From Geosiphon pyriformis uo1 (taxonomy: Eukaryota; Fungi; Glomeromycota), in assembly GCA_016748015.1 (NCBI GenBank), contig JAAOMT010000786.1, positions 193,903 to 257,902 on the forward strand: 64,000 nucleotides of DNA, given 5' to 3'. Position 1 is the first letter of the stretch. Each line of letters opens with the position of its first letter. The translations under genes were made by a program, and so were the position numbers. The notes under the pieces were generated by a model. It was not told where the DNA came from. It saw only the letters and a list, made by a program, of their open reading frames with translations, and ran no database searches. Positions 50,101-61,330 of the stretch are shown here, piece by piece.

Positions 50101-52838
50101 GATCCTTATCTGTGACTGGGTAAAAAAAGGAACATTGTTCGAAGCAGCATTCAACAGAGCATTAAAAAGACTACAGCACTACTCACATGACAAGGATGAG
50201 TTGTACAACACCACACAAGCCAAAGTAAGAGAAGGAACTGCTAAAGAAATATGACACTGGAAAAAGTCAGCCGAAGTAGCTGACAAAGTCACCAGCTACA
50301 ACATGTTTGACCCAATGGACAAATTCCAGAACTACTACCAACAACTATGCCCCACTTGACAAGAGCAAGAACAATACCTTGCCCAAATCAACACTTACCT
50401 CTGCAAAAACTGTCTTATCCTGTGTCAAAATCAGTGCTGTAAAAAGTGTCGAGATGAAAGGGACTTAGAAAAAAAAATGGAAATTGAGAATCAGCAGTCT
50501 CAAAATAATCAATAAATTAACAAGACTCACTTGATGGTCTTGAGTCAGAAAAATTTGTAGCCTATACTGACCTAGAACAGGTGATTGACATTTGATACTT
50601 TGACAATGAGCACTTAGGAATAATACCCAAAAGAGCCCATCCAACCGATGCCGAATTTGATCTATGTTATCTGGAAGACCAATCCACAATATTACCACCC
50701 AGGAGCATCACCAAAATCGACCTAAAAATAGTGGTTGAAATTCCACCAGGAATAATGATTCAAATAGCATTGCAATCAAGTTTTGCGAAAAAAGGAATAA
50801 GCATTCAAAGAGGAGTAATTGACTCCGGATACACTGGAAATTTGATGGTTTTGCTACAGAACAATTCAGAAAAGCCTTATACTATTGAATCTAAGGAAAA
50901 GATTGCACAAGCAATTTTCCTACCATTGGTAAAAATTGGAAAATTCATGTTAGTGGAAAATTGTGAGGAATTGTTACAAACAATGAGAGAAACTTTTGGT
51001 TTTAGATTGACAGAAAAAGGAATTGAAGCAAATTTTGCTGAAACAATAGAGAAAAAAGATGAAGTAATTAAAAATGAGTGGTTTATCATGCTCCTACCAT
51101 ATAGAAAATCAGAAATAAGAATAAAAAGGACAATTAAAGAAAAAGACTTAATATTTGAGCCCTATCCAGAAACTTGCCAACAGTTTCTCATAAGACTTAC
51201 TAATCTTTTTATTCCAGCTGATAAAGCTCAATGGATAAAAATTTCTATTGCAAACACCACAAAAGAATCCGTCTACATTCTGGAAGATACTATTATTGGA
51301 TACCTCAGAACAGAGCTAAAAAATGCATCAACACCACAAAAAATTTTAAATTTCCCAGAAATCATCCTCTATTGTGAACTTACTTCAATAAATTGGCAAC
51401 AACCGTTAGAATGCTATTAATTTATGCCAGAAGAATTGGCCAAATTAAACATTGGAACAATGGATTCTAACCAACAGCGACAATTAAAAGCATTAATTTT
51501 AAAATACTCTGATATATTTTCATGAAATAACAAATTTGAAAAAACCAACTTAGTTCAACACCAAATCCTTACTGGAGACGCCAGACCTGAAAAACAACAT
51601 GCTTATCAATGAAACATAATTTTATCAGAGAAGAAGTCCAAAGCATGTTGGAAAAAGGAATAATACAACCATCAATGAGCTCATGGTCTTCACCAGTTGT
51701 TTTAGTAAGGAAAAAGAATAGAAAAATTAGATTTTGCATCAACTATCGCAAACTAAACAGCAAAACAACCAAAGACTCATACCCAATACCATTAATTGAT
51801 GAAATCTTCAATGTTTTTAGAGGAGCAAAATAGTTTTTTACACTGGACTTGACCAGTGGGTACTGGCAAGTGGAAATAGACTCAAAAGACAAGCATAAAA
51901 CAGCATTCACAACACAAAATGGCAATTATGAGTTCAATGTAATGCTATTTGGATTAACAAATGTCCCCATGACATTCCAAAAACTAATAAACGTAATTTA
52001 CTCTGGAATTCTGTGGCAATCTGTTGTTGTCTACTTGGATAATACAAATGTTTTCTCATCAAAATTCACAGATCATCTCCAACATTTACAACAAGTTTTT
52101 GAGAGATTGAGACATGCTGGACTTAAACTAAATCTAGAAAAATGTTTCTTTGGGAAAAATGAGCTAGCATTTTTAGGACACGTAGTTAGAAAAGATAGAA
52201 TAAAACCAGATCCATCAAAAATAGACAAAGTGAAAAATTTTCCAGTATCTCAAAATGTTTCAGAAGTTAGAAGCTTTTTAAGACTCGCATCTTACTACTA
52301 CTGCTTTGTAGAAAACTTTTCAAACATCACCAAACCCCTTAATTACTTACTATTCAAAAATGTGAAATTTGAATGGACTGAAGCACAACAAAAAGCTTTT
52401 GAGTACCTTAGACAAAAGCTCATTGAATTACCAATAATGATCTATCCAAATTTCAACAAGAAATTCATTTTGGCCACAAATGCCTCTGGAACTGGACTTA
52501 AAGCTATTTTGTCACAAAAAGATGATAATAAAAGAGAATGTGTAATTGCTTATGCCAGCAGAAGTCTCAGTACGGCAGAACAAAACTATGCAGCACATGA
52601 ACTTGAATGCTTAGCAGTAGTCTGGAGTTGTATTCACTTTGACACATATTTACAGTACCAACTCTTTGAGATTACCACAGATTATAGAGATCTGGTCTGG
52701 TTAAATAACAAAAAAGCACTAAAAAGAAAATATGCCAGATAGTCATAAATGTTAGCACCATACAATTATATTATTAAATACAAAGAAGATACCAAAAATG
52801 CTAATGCTGACTGTTTGTCAAGAATGAGACACACATAA
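47139..52838 (+). pseudogene. G gag-pro-(Cys-rich)-dUTPase-RT-RNase H
   Basis: CYFCKCVGHLISQC, LILDSRS, dUTPase (AEFDL, GVIDSGYTGN, KIAQ) at about 50635-51020, RT YLDN, RNase H ATNAS/ELECLA/NADCLSR. Confidence 0.93.
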
Positions 52839-52867
52839 AAATCACCAACCCATCCACCACAACAACA

Positions 52868-54247
52868 ATGAACAATCACCTTTACAAAAACCTCAGCCAA
52901 TACTTGGAAACACTACAAATAAACAAAAAAATGCCAGTAAAACAGCTAATTAAGCTCTAAAAATTAGCAAAACACTATTTTATCTAAAATCACATACTTT
53001 ATTACTGGAATCGACAAAATCCAGATAATCCATTAAGAGTTATAACCATGGATGAAAAAGAAACTATCTTATTTAACATGCACTCAGATATTTATTCAGG
53101 CCACTTTGGAAAAACAGCAACCATCTAATGTCCAACTAGCCATTATTATTGGCCAAAAATAAGTTCAGACATAATCCAATACATAAAAAATTGTGACTCA
53201 TGTCAACAAAGAGAAGAAGCAAAAACAACAGAATTATTAAGACCAATAAAAGTTGGACAGCCATTTGACAGAATTGGAATTGATTTAGTTGGACCCTTAC
53301 CAATAACAACAAAAAACAACTGTTATATTGCAGTAACTGTAGACTATTTTACCAAATAGCCAAAAGTTAGAGCTATTAAAACAGCTGATGCTATTTCTGT
53401 AGCTCAATTCGTACATAAAGACTTAATTTGCTGGCATGGATGTCCACAAGAATTACTATCAGATCAAGGCACACACTTTGTAAACAGCACCTTAAAAGAA
53501 CTTAGCCAAAAATTTGGAATCAAGCGACCACTGTCATTACCATACCATCCTCAAACAAATGGATTAGTTGAAAGATTTAATTGCACATTATGCAAATCAC
53601 TGGTAAAAATTAGTAACAAACATGAAAAAGAATGAGATTTGTTTATACCAGCAGTATTACTAGCATATAGAACAGTAAAACAAGATACTACACAATTCAC
53701 ACTATTTGAACTAGTTTATAGAAGAAAAGCCACATTACTAGTTGAACTTACTATCCCAATTTATCTAAGTGACACTATCACGAAAGCAACATTCTAGAAA
53801 ACATTACTTAGAAGAACATATAAATTAATGGGAACTTTAGAAAACAAAAGAAGAAAAGCAGCACAAAATATTGAACAATCACAAGAACAACAAAAAGTGA
53901 GACATGATAACTAGTTACCAGATAATATAATTAGCTACAAAATTAGAGATAAAGTATTATTACATCATACAAAAATGGAAAAACAATAGAGTGGAAAATT
54001 TGATCACAAGTGAGATGGACCATTTTATATTCACAAAATACTTGGAAATGGAGCATACAAGCTAAGACTAAATGATAAAATATTAAAAAAAGCAGCACAT
54101 GATAACCAGCTGAAATTCTATTACAGTAAACCAGTAATAACAACAAAAACACCCAGAATTGGAACACAATTACTTTTGATTTTACCAGAACAAATTCCAC
54201 GAGATTTAGAACCAATAGTTTTAATTGAACATTATTCAAAAAGATAA
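52868..54247 (+). pseudogene. G integrase (own ATG)
   Basis: H..GH..CDSCQ, FDRIGIDLVGP, LLSDQG, NGLVERFN, DGPFYI. Confidence 0.93.
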
Positions 54248-54331
54248 TTAATCTTAGATCACAGCAAAAATGATTTAAGAACTATAAAAATGCATGCAAA
54301 AGATTTCAAAATAATAGTCAAAATTAAAACA

Positions 54332-54745
54332 ATGATACTTATTCCAGAAAACATTAACAATATAACTCAACAATTAGTTAAAAGCTTACAACAATTAAAA
54401 TCCAATCTGGAAATCACAGTTAATAGCTCCAAAATAACATATATAAAAAGAACAATAAAAAATCCAAAAACAAGAAAAGAACATAATTTTGAACCATATA
54501 ATATTACCAAACATAACAACAAATTTATCAGCAAAGTTATTGAAAAATTAGAGATAGCATTGGGCAATACATTAATAATGGAAGAAATAGAAATAAATGA
54601 ATTAACACCAGACACATTTAGCAACTTGAAAACGAAATTTCCAATTAACTACTGTTATTATCAACTAGGAAAGCACTTGAACATACAAACATTATACTCA
54701 AAAGACTCAACTAGAGTGTTTGACAAAACAACTATCCAATTATTA
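54332..54745 (+). pseudogene. G ORF3 (unknown function), truncated by the assembly gap
   Basis: MILIPENINNITQQL...FPINYCYYQLGKHLNIQ; close to B ORF3. Confidence 0.8.
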
Positions 54746-54765
54746 NNNNNNNNNNNNNNNNNNNN
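54746..54765. other. Assembly gap (20 N)
   Basis: Run of N. It must hide the ORF3 end, the PPT and about 170 bp of LTR start, so the true gap is longer than 20 bp. Confidence 0.99.
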
Positions 54766-55467
54766 CAGCAAACACCAGGTTGAAATATCAAAAAGAAAGT
54801 ATTACAATGTGTTTTCTTGTAGAACTACAAACATGTATATATACAGTAGCTTTAATATTGGAAAAAGACAATCAAGTAATAAAAATCATAACTTATCAAG
54901 CAATAAATCCAATTTTATCCAACAAACTTCACTTTAAATCATACTTTCAAATTAAATATCTCAAGAAACCTTTAAATCAAAAAGAAATGAAAAAAAATAT
55001 TTAAAACTGAATTATCACAACCCAAAGTATTAAGAAACTTACTTGTATTATTTATTGAATGAAATTATCATTCATCAGCTAAATCCCTTGGAAGAATAAT
55101 CTTTGATCAAAATTATTTACGTTGTTACTAATTGATAAAAGCTTTATTATAAGAATTAGGAAAAGCACTAAAGACTATTAATATTCTGTGTTTCTAGATT
55201 AGAAAAACACATCAGACAATTGCAAAGATAGCCTCAGAAAAGACTCCAGACAGTAGGTAGATTTCAGTTCAGCCTTTGAAAAGGAGTACATAAACACACA
55301 CAACAATCAGGAATCAAGAAATAATTTACATCATGACATTAAAAAGAAAGTCTTCAGTATAACAGTGATATTATCACATAAATAGAATTGAGGAACTCAC
55401 GAAAGACTAATTGCAATTAAAACAAGATATTGACAATTAAATATAACAAGAAAATCATTTCATAACA
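54766..55467 (+). repeat. 3' LTR of G (visible part)
   Basis: Direct repeat of 46356-47056. Confidence 0.95.
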
Positions 55468-58098
55468 GTACCATACTTGGTAATGAAAACAGTTTTTTTT
55501 TTGCTTTTTGGATCCATCTTTACTTGCCAGAATTCAGCAGTTAAGTTAATAGTTGAGAAGAAAGCAGCACCATTGAATTTATCTAATATTGCATTAATTT
55601 TGGGAAGTAGATACATGTCTCTTATAGTAATGGCATTTAATTGGCAGTAGTCAACACAAAAACATAGGGTTCTACTTTTCTTAGATACCACTACAACTGG
55701 GAAAGCTCATTCACTCTTGGTTTTTTGTATGAATTCAAGATTTTTTATCTAGTTTATCTCTTTCTTGATAAACTCATCATTACGTTGATTGGATTAATAA
55801 GGCTTTAAATAGATAGAACAAGTTTCTTTGGTAGTGATAGTGTGTTGTATCACATGAATTCATCCAGGGTGTCACTTTCTTTTGAAATAACTGGGCTATT
55901 TCTAGCCAACAGATTTTCAATGTCTATTTTTTTTCTTCAGGAAAAGGTTTTTTTTGTTCTACAACTAGTGATTGGATTTCAGATGGTTTATTCTCAAAGA
56001 ACTTTTGTACTTCTTTAAGTTCTTCTCGAGATATCAAGCTAATTGGTTCCCAATCTTTGTAATAGATCAGGCAAAATTTGCATTCATTACTTGGTAAATA
56101 CAAAGATTTATTACATCAGCACTGTATACAAGGACCATATCACCAATAACTGTATTTGGCTTTCTTGCCAGGTTTTCTGTCAAAGGTTTTTCTGAAAATA
56201 TCATAGTAGAGCCAGCAAATCAGTTTGCCATTTACTATAATTTTTTTTTTGTCAGCTTTAACATTGTCCAGTGACTTGTTATTGCTAGTAAAGATGGTAT
56301 AAGTGAGTTTAGCAGTTTTTTCTGGTTTTTTTTGATCTTCATCATCACTCTTATCATTATTTGATTCATCTGATTGTTCTTTTTCTTGGTTCTGTTTGGT
56401 TGCTGGAGGAGTTGTCCAATGACAGCATTTAACTACAATAGGTTTTTCACTATATCTAATGATTAGCTCGCAAAGTTTATAGTCAAGTAGTGCTTTGGCT
56501 TTCTTAAACCACTCATTACCAACAATAATAGCATACTCTTTTGCTTCAGATACTTCTATATCTGTTTCAATGCTAATACTATTGATGCAAACAAGAACAG
56601 CTTTAGCTATACTCAGACCTTTCTTTTTGTCATTATGTATATTGGTCATAGACTGAGTAGAAGGTTTATCAATTTTTCTTTCAATGGCTTTCAGAAAGTG
56701 TTTGGCAATTACACTGACAGATGATTTACTGTCTAGGATTAAATTAATGAAGTAGCCAGCCACTTGGGCTTTACAAATCAGAGAAATAACATTGCTATTG
56801 TCAACAAGTTCAGCTTGACAAGGGTGTTTGTTAGTTTTTGGTGTCTTTTTTTTTGGTATTAAAGATTTGCAAAGATTTTTTCTGAACTGTGAATGGGTTA
56901 TTAGTTGGCCAAATGTAATGTGTGCTGGGGTTTCCATGAGATCTTTAACAACAGAATAGGGTTCAGATTTTTGTACAATTTCTGGGAGTTCCAACTTTGA
57001 AGGATTTTTAAAAACTTTAGCCTTTGGTGACTTATTGTTGTCAACAGCAGAAGTTGAGGCTTTGTTAGGATTTAGAACGAAATCAACCTTGGCTTTCTTT
57101 TTCTTTCTTGTTAAGTCAAAGGTGTTGATTGCCAGTTTATCCATATTATAATCATTATCAGTTAGGTTAAAAGTGAAAAAAAAGTTTTCTTCTGGTTGGC
57201 TTGCATTTTTACTCTTTAGAGGTGTGTCTACCAGTTTAAAGGCTAATAAACAGTGGCTTTAACTAGGGGATCCTCTCCAAAGAAATTGATGTTGGCATGA
57301 TTGGGTCTTTAATTGGGAACATTATTACTGTGGAATCTGTTATTCTAAGTATCATTATTTCTAAGAGCTGGAGAAGACAATGGAGAATTGTTGCAGTCTC
57401 TTGAGAAGTGTCCAGTTAGTCTACAGTAATAGTACACAAGTGGGCCATAATTTTGCTGTTTTTAATATGGTGGTTGTTGGGGCTGATTGAAATGGAATTT
57501 AAATCTGGGTCTTTGGGTTTGTTAATTCTCTCTAACTGCTTGGGCCAAAGATTCTAATAGCTGGGCAAGATTTGCTGTGAGCCTATCTATTAATTGTTTA
57601 TTTGAATCTTGAGTTTGAACAGCAAAAGAGGTAATAGTCATTTGTGGAGCAAGAGCAAAAACTGAAAAGGTAGATCCCAGATGCATCTTTTGGTTATTTT
57701 CTATTCTCTGGGCAAGTTCAATAGCCATATCTATTGTGAGATTATTTTTTAAGGCCAGAAGAGACCAAAGAGCATATAATAGATTAGTTCTCAGTCCTTT
57801 TGTGAAGGAATGTATTTTTTGCTTTTCTGTTTAATTTCTTTCAAAGTTTACCCATTTAATGAGTTTTCTTATTGCTTTGGCATATTCTGTCACAACTTCA
57901 CCAGAGTCTTGAGTTCTTTTTTCTAATTCTATACACTATTTGGATATTAAGATAGAAGTTCTAAATTTCATTTCAAACTGAATAGTAAAAGAGGTATTGT
58001 TTTCTTCAATATTTGCTGGTGCCCATCTAATAATTTTTTGCTGAGCATTAGTATTGATTTTTTGTGAGAACCAAGTAGTAGGAGAGTCTTGAAGGTAG
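55468..58098 (-). pseudogene. F gag-pro-RT N-terminal region
   Basis: ORF 56140-57144 (LILDSKS protease) is near-colinear with C 24176-24697; RT FCVDY at 55455-55691. Confidence 0.92.
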
Positions 58099-59038
58099 TG
58101 TTACCAGAGGTTTTTGGTCTCTTTTATTAAATGTTAGTAATGTTAATTTGCTGTGAATTCACGTTTTCAGGAAGTAGTTGAACCTCCAATAACTGAATTT
58201 ATCTTCATAAATGGAATAGCCAATTCCTTGCCAGTTACTTTATGTAGTTACATTGTAGTAAATGTCAACTCTTTCCCAGGAATTGCTCATCTGGAAGCTT
58301 ACTAAAAATGTGTAGTTACTTTGCTGTGAAAGTCAATTCTTCTACAGGAATCTTGTCTATAGGCTACCCTAATGATTGTAATAAGAAAAAAAAAGAAAAA
58401 TAAAAAAAATGTAAAAGAAATAAAATTTTGTTAAGAGAAACGTTTTCTATCTAGGCCTGGAGTTACTAACAGTTTACTGAAATTGGTAGCTAATCAATTT
58501 TAAAACGTTAGTTGGGTTTTGAGGATTTTTCAAGTGCAATAATTAAAGAATTTGGTTTTTTTCAAATTATTTGATATTTATTTCTTTTTGTGTATGTAGG
58601 AATGGTTCTAAGTGATAAATCTAAAGTAAGATACATTTTCTTGAAAAAAAAAGCTCTTCTTTTATACAACTTGTTATAGTACTAGTCTATGAACTTGCAC
58701 TTTTTCTTTTTGCTCAAATTTTGGCAAACTAAAGATACATTTTGATAAACTACAAGTTATTTCGCTGAACTATTGATTAATTTGGGTGAACTATTCATAA
58801 TTTCGGCGAATTTCTGTAAATTTCGGCGAATTTTAGAATGTTACAAAGTTCAGGGTATTGTGTAATTTGATCATCCTACTTTCTGTTATACTAATTAGAT
58901 TCTTTTAATTGAATTGTGATATGTGATAATTGATTAAATAATAAATAATAATTTGAAATAATATTAATATACTAATTAATTATAGGAATTATAAGGGTAA
59001 TTTCATGCTAATTAATAGCTAAAATTCTACTGGTAACA
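58099..59038 (-). repeat. 3' LTR of H
   Basis: TGTTACCAG inverted termini; matches the solo LTR at 7877-8848. Confidence 0.95.
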
Positions 59039-59049
59039 TAATCTTCTCC

Positions 59050-59726
59050 TTAAGACTGAGCTCCGTCAAAGTCCAAGCACTATCTGTAATATTGAGATAG
59101 TGATCCAAAATAATTGAAGTAATCTGATCCAAAAATTGTTGAAATTTCAGTTCTGTAAGTTTGCCAATATATTGGACTTTCATTGGTTATAGTATTGGAT
59201 TTTGTAAAACATTTTCACAAGTATTAAACAAATCATAGAGTCTAAAAACTGCTCTAAGTTTGTAGTGAGTGTTTGTTGGTCCAGCTGCTGTTTTGAATTC
59301 ATTGTGGATTTGTTTTTGTATAGCTTTAGGAGTGAAATTTGTTGCTTCAAGTTCCAGTTTTCATTCATAAAGTGTCTTTCCAATGTGAAAGTATTTATAG
59401 ATAGGGGTGTGTTCATTGTTTTGTTCATTGAGAAGTAGTAGAAGTTTTTGTTGTATTGTAGCATTTGGTGGAATGTCAATAGAGGCAATTAAAAGATTTT
59501 CTTCTAGTGTTTGCTTCAAAAGTCTTGGTAACTTATTTTCAGAGTGACTTCTTGTTTTTCTTCTATAGGGGTGATAATTCTGTGCATGATTTGCTACTGG
59601 GGCTGTGGTTTCTTTCTGAATGTAATTAATTTGACTTCCATTAATCGTTATGGATAAGTCAGGAAGTGTTTTTAAGACTAACATTAACTTTTGGGATATT
59701 TGTTGAATATTTCGGGGAATAATCAT
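59050..59726 (-). pseudogene. H ORF3 (unknown function)
   Basis: MIIPRNIQQISQKL...YKYFHIGKTL...RAVFRLYDLF...VQYIGKLTE; two transition-type stops. Confidence 0.8.
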
Positions 59727-59876
59727 GATAAAATTGACTAATTATGAAAAGAAAAAAAAATAAAGAAAATTATTTTTGGAATATGGGGTTTTTATTTGTT
59801 TTTGGGTTTGGGTGTTTTTGTAATTTATTTACTATTTTTTTCTCTTTGTGTTTTTATTAGGGAATTATTGTAAAAT

Positions 59877-61262
59877 TTAAGTGTTCGAGTTTGGTTGTTG
59901 TTCTATTATAATTATTGGTTCTAAATTTTGGGGAATATCTTCAGAATTAATTAAAGGGGAATGTGTACCAATTTGTGAAATTAATGGTTCAGGATTGTTT
60001 CTGGAATGATAGTGTTTCAATCTGTCTCCATATGCAACTTTTGCTAGTATTTTGTCATCAAGTCTTAACTTGTATGATCTATTGCCTAGAATTTCGTGAA
60101 TATAAAATGGTCCATCCCATTTGTTTTCAAATTTTCCACTCCATTGTTTTTCAGCCTTAGTTTTGTGTAAGAGAACTTTATTTCCAACTTTAAATTCGTT
60201 GGTAATAGGTGGTAATTTGTTGTCATGTCTTTCTTTTTGTTGAGCTTGGGAATATTTAATATAAGTTGCTGCTATTCTTCTTTTTCCTTCCAGTATACTA
60301 AGAAGGGTGTAGGCTCTTCTTTGGAGTGTTTCTTAAAAGTTTTCTTCATTGATTGGTTGCACTGAGTATGTTTTCACTATGAAATTAATTGGTAATGTTG
60401 CTGTCTTTCCATAAGTAAGATCAAATGGTGTGTGTTTCATAGTATCTTGTTTTAGTGTTTTGTATGCTAGTAACACTGATGGAATAAAGATATCCCATTC
60501 CTGCTCAAAGTCTGTTGAGACTTTGGCTAAAAATTCACACAATGTTCTGTTGAAACATTCTACAAGTCCATTTGTTTGAGGATGATAAGATAATGATAGA
60601 GGTCTTTTGACATTGAACCATTCACAAATTTCTTGTATTAAGTTGTTCACAAAATGTGTTCTTTGATCAGATAAGAGTTCAATTGAGCATCCATGTCTAC
60701 AGATAATGTCTTCATAGATAAAATTTGCTACTGATTTTGTGTCTGCTCTTTGGATGGCTCTAGCTTCAGGCCATTTGGTAAGATAATCCACTGTAACTGC
60801 AATATAACAATTTCCTTGGGTTGTGATAGGTAATGGTCCGACTAAATCAATTCCAACTCTGTCAAAAGATTGTCCAACTTTGATTGGATTTAAAGGTTCT
60901 GTGGGGCAAGTTTCTCCTCTTTTTTGACAACTATCACAAGATTCTACATATTGTCAAATGTCTTTTTGCATGTAAGACCAAAAATAATGTTCAAAGATTC
61001 TTTGAATTGTTCCATCTCTTCCCAAGTGTGCTGAAGAAGAATCTGTGTGCATGTTGTATAGAATTGTTTCTTTTTCATTTTCCTGTACTAATCTGAGTGG
61101 TTGGTCTGAGTTTTTACAATTTTTGTAATATATTTTGTTATGGTGTATAAAATATTGTTTGGATTGATATTGTAATCGATGTTTTTCACTTGGAAACCAA
61201 TTTTCTGGTATAGTGAGAGTCTCCAAATAGTTTTTGATGTTGTTGTAATTTTCTAGATCCAT
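59877..61262 (-). pseudogene. H integrase (own ATG at 61262)
   Basis: H..AH..CDSCQ, FDRVGIDLVGP, LLSDQ, NGLVExFN, WDGPFYI. Confidence 0.93.
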
Positions 61263-61330
61263 TATTGGTAATCTTGTTGTTTTGTCCTACTGTTAAGTTT
61301 GTTGGTGTTTTGTTGGTGTTGATGTTAGTA

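Larger units (their letters stand above)
46184..55467 (+). mobile_element. Full-length Gypsy element G (dUTPase-bearing), inserted in F RT
   Basis: 5' LTR 46184-47056; visible 3' LTR 54766-55467. TSD ATGC/GTAC. Excision restores F RT FITKYG-YEFTVMPFG. Confidence 0.95.
30688..58098 (-). mobile_element. Gypsy element F (family C/F) in five pieces: 30688-30716, 40723-43997, 44909-45085, 45948-46183, 55468-58098; continues beyond H
   Basis: The pieces rejoin across 4-bp TSDs into 3'LTR-PPT-ORF3-IN-RH-RT-PR-gag. 30688-30716 is the reverse complement of the last 29 nt of the C LTR, differing only by transitions. Confidence 0.9.

Noticed and set aside
54290-55004. ORFs 54290-54937 and 54720-55004 as single proteins
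   Set aside because: They read across the N gap, fusing ORF3 to LTR sequence.
59361-59726. ORF3 as a retroviral Env
   Set aside because: Too short, and no signal peptide, transmembrane anchor or furin site is visible.
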